DNA of 64,000 nt from Escherichia phage vB_VIPECOOM03. The stretch lies in sequence record OQ721911; one strand, given 5' to 3'. The notes below the pieces were generated by a model. It was not told the origin of the DNA and did not search any database. It saw only the letters and a list, made by a program, of their open reading frames with translations. Both the position numbers and the translations under genes were made by a program. Shown here one piece after another: positions 33,420 to 43,902 of the stretch (positions are counted from its first letter, which is position 1; each line of letters begins with the position of its first letter).

Positions 33420-33797
33420 TTAAATATCAAATTCGTTAAGAACTACATCAAAAATCGCTTCAAGATGCTCAGGTTTAGCTCTGTTACTCAGAATATGACG
33501 AATCCAAGTTTTAACCAGAAGCTTACGATTGACGCCATTCCAGCAAGGATGAGTCCCTAAATCACGTTGACGGAAATCATCATCTAATGCGATTTTAAAA
33601 GAAGAACCTTCTTTCGTGATTGAAACTGTGATGCCATTTTCAAATCGCATATAAACGTAGTTAGGAGTCATATACTGTTCAATTTCGCATACTGATCCAT
33701 TTTGATGTTTCCAAAGGCAAATAGTATCATTAGAACCTGCAATACCGTTAGAAACATATTTACGTTCAAAGTTGATGTAGTTCATTTTATTCTCCAA
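33420..33797 (-). CDS. Hypothetical protein
   Basis: 125-aa ORF preceded by promoter-like element and RBS GGAGAA. Confidence 0.6.
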   Translation of the reverse strand: MENKMNYINFERKYVSNGIAGSNDTICLWKHQNGSVCEIEQYMTPNYVYMRFENGITVSITKEGSSFKIALDDDFRQRDLGTHPCWNGVNRKLLVKTWIRHILSNRAKPEHLEAIFDVVLNEFDI

Positions 33798-33821
33798 GAT
33801 GTTTAATTGTGGTACAGGTAT

Positions 33822-33850
33822 ATAATATCATATCCTGTACCAAAGTAAAC
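33822..33850 (-). promoter_or_regulatory. Early-type promoter-like element (GTTTAC -35, 17-bp spacer, TATTAT -10) overlapping an inverted repeat
   Basis: Minus-strand GTTTAC...GATATTATA; inverted repeat GGTACAGG/CCTGTACC at 33811-33841 brackets the -10 region. Confidence 0.45.
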
Positions 33851-33852
33851 AA

Positions 33853-34185
33853 TTATTTTACTACTTTCCAGTGCTGCATGTCAAGTTTACCAACTTTTTT
33901 CATCTTCTCAATTAAGCGTTCTGCACGTTGGCGAGCTGTAACATAATACCATTCGCCTAATTCATTTTGTTCAATTTTTCCAACGATTACTGTATTCAAT
34001 TCATAAATCCAACCAGTAAAGAAATTATGAACTTGAATTGTAAAGGTGAAATCTGTTCCCATACCTTCTGTTGTTTCTACTTCAATAATATCACCTTCAA
34101 CTGCCATTAAGAACCACATAGTTTCATCATATTTACCATTGAAGCATTTAGTTTTAACTGTAGCGTTCAGATTAATCGTTTTCAT
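33853..34185 (-). CDS. Hypothetical protein
   Basis: 110-aa ORF. Confidence 0.6.
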   Translation of the reverse strand: MKTINLNATVKTKCFNGKYDETMWFLMAVEGDIIEVETTEGMGTDFTFTIQVHNFFTGWIYELNTVIVGKIEQNELGEWYYVTARQRAERLIEKMKKVGKLDMQHWKVVK

Positions 34186-34263
34186 TTTATTCTCCTTTGC
34201 TTGTGTAAGATAATACTATCACAAAGGAACTATACTGTAAACAACTTTGTGCAATCTTTGGAA

Positions 34264-34281
34264 AATAAAAAAGGACTCCCG
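34264..34281 (-). terminator. Terminator hairpin (GGACTCC-cgaa-GGAGTCC) on minus strand
   Basis: 7-bp GC stem with tetraloop; on the minus strand it is followed by TTTTTATTTT. Confidence 0.65.
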
Positions 34282-34295
34282 AAGGAGTCCTCAAC

Positions 34296-34472
34296 TTATG
34301 CTTTCTGCTTACCAAAACGAGAAGCATCATCTCGAAGAACCGCACGTGCTCGGCGCATGATCTTCTCAACAGTTTGATTGATACGAGAGTTCGACCCACG
34401 CTTGTAACCAGCGCGTTTAGAATCACCAACTTTCTTTTCAACTGCTTTCTTTGCTTTAGCTTGTTTTGCCAT
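34296..34472 (-). CDS. Small basic protein (30.8/30.9 position)
   Basis: ORF-track start at 34514 lacks an RBS; internal ATG at 34472 has an AAGAGAA RBS and gives a 58-aa Lys/Arg-rich protein. Confidence 0.5.
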   Translation of the reverse strand: MAKQAKAKKAVEKKVGDSKRAGYKRGSNSRINQTVEKIMRRARAVLRDDASRFGKQKA

Positions 34473-34666
34473 TATAAATTCTCTTTTAAATGAAAATGCA
34501 GGACTTATTGGCATTGCCTGCGCAAGCCCTCAAGGGGAACATAGGTTTTGAGTATTTACCGACAGGATAACCATAAACCTCGTCAACATTCAAGAGGTAC
34601 ACCGTAAAACAAAGTTCGACGGCTCCTCGATTTTAGCTCACACTAAGGCAGTGAATCTCCAATAAA

Positions 34667-34915
34667 TTACTTCAGTGTTACCACAAAGTGACGAACTGCT
34701 TTTCGTGCAGCAGAAGCCAGAGGCTTAGCATACTTAAGTTCATCTTTTTCCTGGAGCTCAGCAGCTAATGCAGTTTGAGCAGGATTCAGATGTTTGAAAT
34801 AACGCAGGATTTCAAGGGCTTCGGCTTCAACATCAATAGATGCGCCATAGTTTTCGTGACCATTATTCCATGCGTTTCGTTGCAGTTCAAGAGCGTGTTG
34901 TAATTGTTTAATCAT
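34667..34915 (-). CDS. rIII: rIII lysis inhibition accessory protein
   Basis: 82-aa ORF, same length as T4 rIII; sequence MIKQLQHALELQRNAWNNGHENYG... recognised. Confidence 0.9.
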   Translation of the reverse strand: MIKQLQHALELQRNAWNNGHENYGASIDVEAEALEILRYFKHLNPAQTALAAELQEKDELKYAKPLASAARKAVRHFVVTLK

Positions 34916-35054
34916 TTAAAAATTCTCGTTAGAGATTAAAACTCGGTAGTCACGTTCTTCTGAATTTCATCTTCTTTCGACAGATCTCTCAGTTGTAGAC
35001 TACCACGTAGAATTGTTCGGTTAACTTATTATTCCGACACCCAATTCATATTAT

Positions 35055-35062
35055 TATTTATA
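35055..35062 (-). promoter_or_regulatory. Candidate T4-type late promoter (TATAAATA on minus strand) reading into rIII
   Basis: Plus-strand TATTTATA adjacent to the gene 31 stop, about 140 nt upstream of rIII. Confidence 0.4.
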
Positions 35063-35398
35063 TCACTTATAAAGACACGGAATAGCTTTATAGTGACAGG
35101 TAACGAATTTTTGTTTAATTTCTTTTGGCTGCTTAAGACCTAGAGCTACAAAAGGATGCGGAACGTTTCGAATTTGACCAACTGGAAGAGAAGTCAAATC
35201 ACCAACTTCGCAGAAACCTTCAGGAACATCAGGACCAACAGAGTGAACTACACACAGTTCAGGAACTTCACCTTGAACACGTTTACCGATAATGAGTCCT
35301 GATTCTGTAACTTCTTCATCACCAGCTTGCGCAGGTTCAGAAACTAAAATAACATATTCACCGACAGCACGAATTGGTAGCTGTTGTACTTCAGACAT
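35063..35398 (-). CDS. 31: Co-chaperonin gp31 (GroES functional analogue for capsid folding)
   Basis: 111-aa ORF, same length as T4 gp31; [21 protein letters not shown]... recognised. Confidence 0.93.
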
Positions 35399-35454
35399 CG
35401 TTTTTCCTTTTTGTTAACAGATGAATTAATAATAACAAATAATTCTTAAAGCAT

Positions 35455-35763
35455 TTATTTACCAATAAATTGAAGCAAATGCTCAACTTTCATACCATTA
35501 ACGGAAATCAATTTGTCAATAGAAAAACCTCGCCATGCACCAATCTCAACATCAAATACTGGAATCATATCAGTAGATTCTTTCCGAGTAGATTCAGTCA
35601 ATTTACCGGTTTGCATGGTTGGCATAAAGTCTGCATCACGAGTACCTTTCATAGTACGAATAGTACCATCAGACTTTTCAAAAACCACGTTTGAAATACC
35701 CATGGACAATTTAGTTTTCAAAATTTCACGAATTGCTACTTTCTGCTCAGTTGTCAGTTTCAT
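35455..35763 (-). CDS. Hypothetical protein (31.1 position)
   Basis: 102-aa ORF. Confidence 0.6.
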   Translation of the reverse strand: MKLTTEQKVAIREILKTKLSMGISNVVFEKSDGTIRTMKGTRDADFMPTMQTGKLTESTRKESTDMIPVFDVEIGAWRGFSIDKLISVNGMKVEHLLQFIGK

Positions 35764-36000
35764 TTATTTACCTATCACAGTTTTAATATGAGTTGTTCCA
35801 CGTTCTTTAAGAGTGGAAAGTAATTTTTGGCATTTTTCTAAATCAGATTTCCAACTATACGGTCTATCAATACAAACCCATTCTGACTTATAATACTGCT
35901 TCCATTTAGAGAAAAAATATTTCTTATACTCTACAGCAAATGAAATGTTCTCGTTAGAATAAGAACTAATTGCTGTGAGCTGTACCAAACGAAATTTCAT
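35764..36000 (-). CDS. Hypothetical protein (31.2 position)
   Basis: 78-aa ORF. Confidence 0.6.
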   Translation of the reverse strand: MKFRLVQLTAISSYSNENISFAVEYKKYFFSKWKQYYKSEWVCIDRPYSWKSDLEKCQKLLSTLKERGTTHIKTVIGK

Positions 36001-36581
36001 TATTCACCACAGAATTCGTTGATATTTTCCCAGTTTAACTTATTCAAGTTTTTCTTAGGAACATTAAACACTTCAATACCTGCATTTCGCAGAATATCAT
36101 CCCAGCCAGGTTTATTTTTATCGTATGTTTCACAATAAACCAACTTTTTAATTCCAGATTGAGCTATCGCTTTTGCACAATCTGGGCAAGGAGAAAGTGT
36201 TACATACATAGTAGCACCTTCAATTGAAGAACCATTTCGTGCAGCAAACAAAATTGCATTTAGTTCAGCATGAATTTCATTTTTAGACGACCATTCAGAA
36301 TGAGCGCTGCGGTGTTCTTTCGCCAAGACAAAACGATCAGTTGAACCAAATGATACACATTCAGGCTTATGACCTTGAATGATAGTATGTTTAGGTTTAT
36401 TCAACAACCAACCTTGCTCGGCAGCATAATCACAGCAATTCACACCGCCTGCAGGCGAACCGTTATATCCAGTAGAAATAATACGTCCATTCTTTTCAAT
36501 TACTGCTCCTACCTTCCAGGAGCAACATTTTGATTCTTGTGATACTAAATATGCAATTTGAAGTACTGTACTCGCTTTCAT
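36000..36581 (-). CDS. cd: dCMP deaminase
   Basis: 193-aa ORF, same length as T4 Cd; zinc-binding deaminase signature (HAELNAI ... PCPDCAKAI). Confidence 0.93.
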   Translation of the reverse strand: MKASTVLQIAYLVSQESKCCSWKVGAVIEKNGRIISTGYNGSPAGGVNCCDYAAEQGWLLNKPKHTIIQGHKPECVSFGSTDRFVLAKEHRSAHSEWSSKNEIHAELNAILFAARNGSSIEGATMYVTLSPCPDCAKAIAQSGIKKLVYCETYDKNKPGWDDILRNAGIEVFNVPKKNLNKLNWENINEFCGE

Positions 36582-36916
36582 TTCATAATCACCAGATAAG
36601 CAGATTTAGCAGTTTCAACACGATAAATTTCGTGACGAAGTTTAGTTATACTTTTAATAACAGAACTAATTATATTCTGCCCATCTTTAAAGCGGTTTTT
36701 CTTATCAATAAAAATTGCACCAGCCATCTTTTTGTGAAGCTCAACTGGATACTTCGTCACAATAATAGCATCATACACAGAAGGATGAATACTATTCACT
36801 AAAGTATCGTTCATCAAAGTTATTCTAATGAACTGAGCTGTTTCAGAGTCAAGCGCTCTATGATCGCCAGTATCATTTTCAAGACAATTATCAATTATAT
36901 CAGTTAAATTCATCAT
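36578..36916 (-). CDS. Hypothetical protein (cd.x cluster)
   Basis: 112-aa ORF. Confidence 0.55.
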   Translation of the reverse strand: MMNLTDIIDNCLENDTGDHRALDSETAQFIRITLMNDTLVNSIHPSVYDAIIVTKYPVELHKKMAGAIFIDKKNRFKDGQNIISSVIKSITKLRHEIYRVETAKSAYLVIMK

Positions 36917-37149
36917 AGTACGCCATACACCCTTTGTGCTTCAACTAATCCATCAAAATCCAATTTGAGATGCGTTATTTGGTCACCATCACCTGGATTC
37001 ACAATTACTAATACTGAACGAGGAGTTTCGGTAATAACACGAACCGATGTTTCTGGAAATCGTTCAGAAACCTTATTTACTAATTCCTGAGCAAATAGTT
37101 TAACTTTTTCTTGGAATTCTTTAACAGTAATTGGTTTTTCGCTTAGCAT
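36913..37149 (-). CDS. Hypothetical protein (cd.x cluster)
   Basis: 78-aa ORF. Confidence 0.55.
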   Translation of the reverse strand: MLSEKPITVKEFQEKVKLFAQELVNKVSERFPETSVRVITETPRSVLVIVNPGDGDQITHLKLDFDGLVEAQRVYGVL

Positions 37150-37670
37150 GTTGATCCCAGCTCCTTACTTTCAACGTTTTTAACTAATTTGACAGAAACT
37201 AATTCAGCATCTTGAGTAATCATTACCGGACCTTCTTCATACTCTTCGAGATATTCTAGAGCTTTCTTTTTAGCTTCTTCCTTCGTATCAGTTTGAGCAT
37301 AGATATAAAACATACAACCAGTAATACCTACTACTTTCCACTTAATTTCTTTATCAGCTTTAATTTCAAATTTACTGACAGAGTCATCTTTTTGAACTTC
37401 TTCGAAAAAAGAATATTCTAACATATAAGCAATTGAAAATAACGGGCTAACTTTATAGGATTCGCCCATTACATCAACAGCTTTATACCAGCAATCATCA
37501 ATTTCACGTTTAATGCTAATAACATTTTTCGCAGGATCTATTTTTACTTTAAATGAATTTTCCCCAATAAACTGGGCAATTCGTTTATTAGCCCCACAGG
37601 TTTCATTAAAAATATCTTTATATCCAGCTTTAAAGCGATAAACCTTATCTTCTTCAAACCATTCGCTCAT
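37143..37670 (-). CDS. Hypothetical protein (cd.x cluster)
   Basis: 175-aa ORF. Confidence 0.6.
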   Translation of the reverse strand: MSEWFEEDKVYRFKAGYKDIFNETCGANKRIAQFIGENSFKVKIDPAKNVISIKREIDDCWYKAVDVMGESYKVSPLFSIAYMLEYSFFEEVQKDDSVSKFEIKADKEIKWKVVGITGCMFYIYAQTDTKEEAKKKALEYLEEYEEGPVMITQDAELVSVKLVKNVESKELGSTC

Positions 37671-37700
37671 TTCAATTTCCTCATTTGTTTTGGTAGAGCT

Positions 37701-37730
37701 ATAATATCACAACTCTACCGTAAAGTAAAC
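37701..37730 (-). promoter_or_regulatory. Early-type promoter-like element (GTTTAC -35, 18-bp spacer, TATTAT -10) overlapping an inverted repeat
   Basis: Minus-strand GTTTACTTTACGGTAGAGTTGTGATATTAT; inverted repeat GGTAGAG/CTCTACC brackets the -10. Confidence 0.45.
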
Positions 37731-37732
37731 TG

Positions 37733-38008
37733 TTAAATTGCTTTGAATTCTGATGTCTGCGATTCAAAACGAATATCGCCTTTGATAACTAGCTCAGCAT
37801 CAAGACCGAACACAACAATGATATGCGCGGAGCCTGGATACAGTGTAATGGCGATAGAATCAACCTGGTCTGGAAGTAAAGTGTTCAATACATGAGTCAC
37901 TTGAGCATGAATTCGAAGCTCAGCTGCGTTATCAAGCTTTTCAAACATATTATTAGCTATAATTTGGCTAAACACTACTTCTACGATTTTAGAATAAGTC
38001 GGAAACAT
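37733..38008 (-). CDS. Hypothetical protein (cd.x cluster)
   Basis: 91-aa ORF. Confidence 0.55.
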   Translation of the reverse strand: MFPTYSKIVEVVFSQIIANNMFEKLDNAAELRIHAQVTHVLNTLLPDQVDSIAITLYPGSAHIIVVFGLDAELVIKGDIRFESQTSEFKAI

Positions 38009-38010
38009 AT

Positions 38011-38211
38011 TTACCTCACATAATTTTCTTCAAGCCAATCAATAACATCTAAAGCATTATCAAAAATTGAGCCATCTACTTTGTCTTCTGTTTCATAATC
38101 AAGAACATCTAAGCCTACTCTTCCATCAACAATAGGCCATAAACAAAATAGATATTTCTTTTCTTTTTCAATCTTATCGCAAAGACGATAAATCTTTTCT
38201 AAGTTATTCAT
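38011..38211 (-). CDS. Hypothetical protein (cd.x cluster)
   Basis: 66-aa ORF. Confidence 0.55.
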   Translation of the reverse strand: MNNLEKIYRLCDKIEKEKKYLFCLWPIVDGRVGLDVLDYETEDKVDGSIFDNALDVIDWLEENYVR

Positions 38212-38400
38212 AAGTTTTCCATGGTAAAGGCAGTTTAGTTTTCTTTACTGTTAGTTCAACATCAGGATTCTTTTCTCTTAATTTAAGACATTCCTCCCAA
38301 GCCCTGATTTCACTAGTGAATACGCAAAATTGCCCATCACTAGTACCAACTAAACCACTATTTACAATAACAATAGCCCAAGTTTCATGATGTAAAGCCA

Positions 38401-38401
<1 letters not shown>
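38204..38401 (-). CDS. Hypothetical protein
   Basis: 65-aa ORF using the ATG whose first base overlaps the pseT stop codon by one nucleotide; the ORF-track start at 38431 lies inside pseT. Confidence 0.5.
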
Positions 38402-39622
<1,221 letters not shown>

Positions 39623-39626
<4 letters not shown>

Positions 39627-39853
39627 CTATTTTTCTCAACCAATGATTGAATATAATCATGCAGGTCTTTAGATGCTTTACCCCACTTATTTTGATATTC
39701 ATTTTTAAGATTAGCACGTGATTGAGCTAATAAAACATCATTAGTTGGAGGTAAAGATTCTAATCGTTGAATCTGGCGACCATAAATCATTGCAGCCATT
39801 TCGGATTCATAAATCAATCCTTTAAGATGTTCAAATTGATGCCATGAAATCAT
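39623..39853 (-). CDS. Hypothetical protein
   Basis: 76-aa ORF. Confidence 0.55.
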
Positions 39854-40149
39854 TTACATTTATCCTCTTTTAACTCTTGACGATAATAACATATCATAGT
39901 TTTCTGGTCATGCACATATCGTTTTACATCATTAAGCCAAATACGAAATTCCTGGGAATCTTCAAATGGCATACCGACCCAAGCTTTACCATCGATAACT
40001 TTAACTTGCCAAGATAGTTTAGCTTCATCATATGACTTTATCTGCACAGGCCAATTAGGATGAACTGTTTCTTTCTTTACTTCTAGAGGCTTTGTCGAAC
40101 AACCAACTAGAAGACCAATAGATAATATTACTGCTGATAGTTTAATCAT
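39850..40149 (-). CDS. Outer-membrane spanin (o-spanin lipoprotein; pseT.2-type)
   Basis: 99-aa ORF with signal peptide and lipobox (SIGLLVGC); adjacent to i-spanin. Confidence 0.75.
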   Translation of the reverse strand: MIKLSAVILSIGLLVGCSTKPLEVKKETVHPNWPVQIKSYDEAKLSWQVKVIDGKAWVGMPFEDSQEFRIWLNDVKRYVHDQKTMICYYRQELKEDKCK

Positions 40150-40499
40150 TTAGAAAGGTCCTGGATGTCTTCTGCAAACTTGTTGAAGGAGTTGTTGATT
40201 TGTTTTTCAACCAATCCTGGTTTATGAGCCACCACATCCGCCTTCTTTGCGTCTTTGCGCAGTTTTTCATTTTCACGCTCAATAGCAGCAATTGCCTCAC
40301 GATTTTTATTATTCATCGCATCAATATAATTATATTGAATTTTTAAATCATTTAATGCTAAAGCGTTTTCATTGGCCGTTTTTGTAATTTCTACAACAGA
40401 CGTTTCTAATCTTTCAATTTTACTTTTTAAAATTAAAGAAGTTCCGCCCAATGCAATTACAATTAATAACAAACCCGCTGTCGTATTACTTAATTGCAT
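40146..40499 (-). CDS. Inner-membrane spanin (i-spanin; pseT.3-type)
   Basis: 117-aa ORF with N-terminal transmembrane helix (AGLLLIVIALGGTSLIL) followed by coiled-coil-like periplasmic domain. Confidence 0.75.
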   Translation of the reverse strand: MQLSNTTAGLLLIVIALGGTSLILKSKIERLETSVVEITKTANENALALNDLKIQYNYIDAMNNKNREAIAAIERENEKLRKDAKKADVVAHKPGLVEKQINNSFNKFAEDIQDLSK

Positions 40500-40996
40500 A
40501 AAGTTTTAATAACCTCTACAATATCGTCTTGAGAAAGACCGTTAATTAAAATATGATGTTCAGCCGGAGATTTAGAAATTTTAAAGCATGCCTCAACATC
40601 TTCTGCCATATCTGATGCACTACGATTTGGATTACTAATTCCAAGACGATGTTTTCCCGTTAAAGGATTAACGATGATATAGCATTTACAGTTATTAATA
40701 TGAACATTAGGTTGAGTCTGATTAATGAACACATCACAATCATATTTTGCAAGCTGATTTTCTAAAAAGACTTTCATCTCCTCAACCGCATCAGGAAGCA
40801 TATCACGGGCTTGCTCAAGACGACGATTTCGATATTCTTTAATGGTCGTTTTCCGCTTGACTTGCTTAGCTAAATCTTTCTTAAGATCGGTGATATATCC
40901 AACTCGACGATTTCCTTTAAATACAGAAATCCCATCTGTAGTATCACCGTATGCTTCAACGACCATTTCAGTAGTAATAAGCTGTAAATCCATCAT
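40490..40996 (-). CDS. alc: Alc, inhibitor of host transcription on cytosine-containing DNA
   Basis: 167/168-aa ORF; MDLQLITTEMVVEAYGDTTDG... recognised as T4 Alc; ATG at 40993 is the alternative start. Confidence 0.9.
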   Translation of the reverse strand: MMDLQLITTEMVVEAYGDTTDGISVFKGNRRVGYITDLKKDLAKQVKRKTTIKEYRNRRLEQARDMLPDAVEEMKVFLENQLAKYDCDVFINQTQPNVHINNCKCYIIVNPLTGKHRLGISNPNRSASDMAEDVEACFKISKSPAEHHILINGLSQDDIVEVIKTLCN

Positions 40997-41024
40997 AAAG
41001 TCCTCATGTTATGTCAGTAAGACT

Positions 41025-41054
41025 ACTGTAACACAACACGAGGGACTTGTAAAC
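41025..41054 (-). promoter_or_regulatory. Early-type promoter-like element (GTTTAC -35, 18-bp spacer, TACAGT -10), copy 2 of repeated element
   Basis: About 90 percent identical over ~55 bp to the element upstream of the ORF at 24936-25226, including the RBS CATGAGGA. Confidence 0.5.
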
Positions 41055-41057
41055 AGC

Positions 41058-42645
<1,588 letters not shown>

Positions 42646-42652
42646 AATAAAA

Positions 42653-42668
42653 TGGGCCTTACGGCCCA
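42653..42668 (-). terminator. Terminator hairpin downstream of nrdB (TGGGCC-ttac-GGCCCA)
   Basis: GC stem-loop; on the minus strand it is followed by TTTTATT. Confidence 0.6.
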
Positions 42669-42672
42669 CTCC

Positions 42673-43851
42673 TTAAAAATATTTTTTAAAACTCATCATA
42701 ACTTTATCATCAACATCATTATCAATCTGTGCTACAAGGTAAGATGACAGTTCTACTTCTTGCGGCGCTGATTGAACATTATCAGAATTAAGGTATTCAC
42801 GAATCCAAGGATACGGATGTTTAACCGGAGCATCGGTAATTGGGCATGGAAGACCGCACTGTTTCATACGAGATACAGTTAAGTAATCAATAAAGCTCCA
42901 CATGCTATTTGTATTTAATCCAGGAACATCACCATCTTTAAATAAATGAACTGCCCAGTCTTTTTCTTGACGGTTAACTTCCATGAAAATATCAACTGCT
43001 TCTTGTTCACACTCTTGAGCAATTTTAACCCATTCATCACCGTCAGTGCCAAGTTGAAGTTGACGAATAATGTACTGGGTACCTTTAAGGTGAAGCTGTT
43101 CATCACGTGCAATGAACTTCATAATCTTAGCATTACCTTCCATGATTTCCATATTTTTGTGGAAGTTAAAGGTACATGCGAAAGATACGTAAAAACGAAT
43201 AGCTTCCAGGGCATTGATTACATGGAGACAGAGATAAAGGGACTTCATTAAAGCACGTTTAGCTTCGGCTTCTTGTTTAATAGCTCGGTTTAAACGAAAG
43301 ACAGCATCAGGAGATTCTTTAGCTAGTTCTACAAATTCTTTAGCATTTTCCCATTCACGGGTTTTAATCAGAACATCATCATAATAACGCCCAATGGATT
43401 CAGCACGTTTCATAATAGCTTCATCTAATACAATTTCATCAAATACCTTCGATGGATCAGTATAAAGATTTCGCATGATATGAGTATATGAACGACTGTG
43501 AATAGTTTCACTAAAAGTCCATGTAGCAACCCATGTATCAAGGCTTGGATCTGAAATTAATGACATAAGTACAGCAGACGGTGCACGACCCTGAATGCTA
43601 TCCAAAAGTGATTGATACTTCAGGTTATTAGTAAAAATATCTTGCTGATACTGAGGAAGCTTGTTAAATTGTGCAGCATCCATCATTAAGTTTACTTCTT
43701 CAGGACGCCAGAAAAATGATAATTGCTTTTCGGTTAAATCTTCAAAAACTTTATGACGTTGAATATCATAACGCGCAATACCAAGACCTGAACCAAAAAA
43801 CATAGGTTCTTTTAAAACATCGACTGGATTTGTATTAAAAACTGTGCTCAT
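42673..43851 (-). CDS. nrdB: Ribonucleotide reductase small subunit (uninterrupted, no intron)
   Basis: 392-aa continuous ORF with R2 di-iron/tyrosyl radical features; T4 nrdB carries a group I intron, this copy does not. Confidence 0.93.
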   Translation of the reverse strand: MSTVFNTNPVDVLKEPMFFGSGLGIARYDIQRHKVFEDLTEKQLSFFWRPEEVNLMMDAAQFNKLPQYQQDIFTNNLKYQSLLDSIQGRAPSAVLMSLISDPSLDTWVATWTFSETIHSRSYTHIMRNLYTDPSKVFDEIVLDEAIMKRAESIGRYYDDVLIKTREWENAKEFVELAKESPDAVFRLNRAIKQEAEAKRALMKSLYLCLHVINALEAIRFYVSFACTFNFHKNMEIMEGNAKIMKFIARDEQLHLKGTQYIIRQLQLGTDGDEWVKIAQECEQEAVDIFMEVNRQEKDWAVHLFKDGDVPGLNTNSMWSFIDYLTVSRMKQCGLPCPITDAPVKHPYPWIREYLNSDNVQSAPQEVELSSYLVAQIDNDVDDKVMMSFKKYF

Positions 43852-43902
43852 AAATTTTCCGCTTAGTTAATAGTTGGTGACTCGTCCATGAGTCAAATTA
43901 TA

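Noticed and set aside
34187-34441. 84-aa minus-strand ORF overlapping the terminator hairpin and the small basic ORF
   Set aside because: Runs through the hairpin/terminator and overlaps a better-supported ORF in another frame; no RBS.
34473-34666. 194-bp apparently non-coding gap upstream of the small basic ORF, examined for a tRNA or small RNA gene
   Set aside because: No cloverleaf-compatible sequence (no GTTC/TPsiC-like arm with matching acceptor stem) and no convincing promoter/terminator pair by eye; probably 5' UTR or promoter region. Not reportable without covariance-model search.
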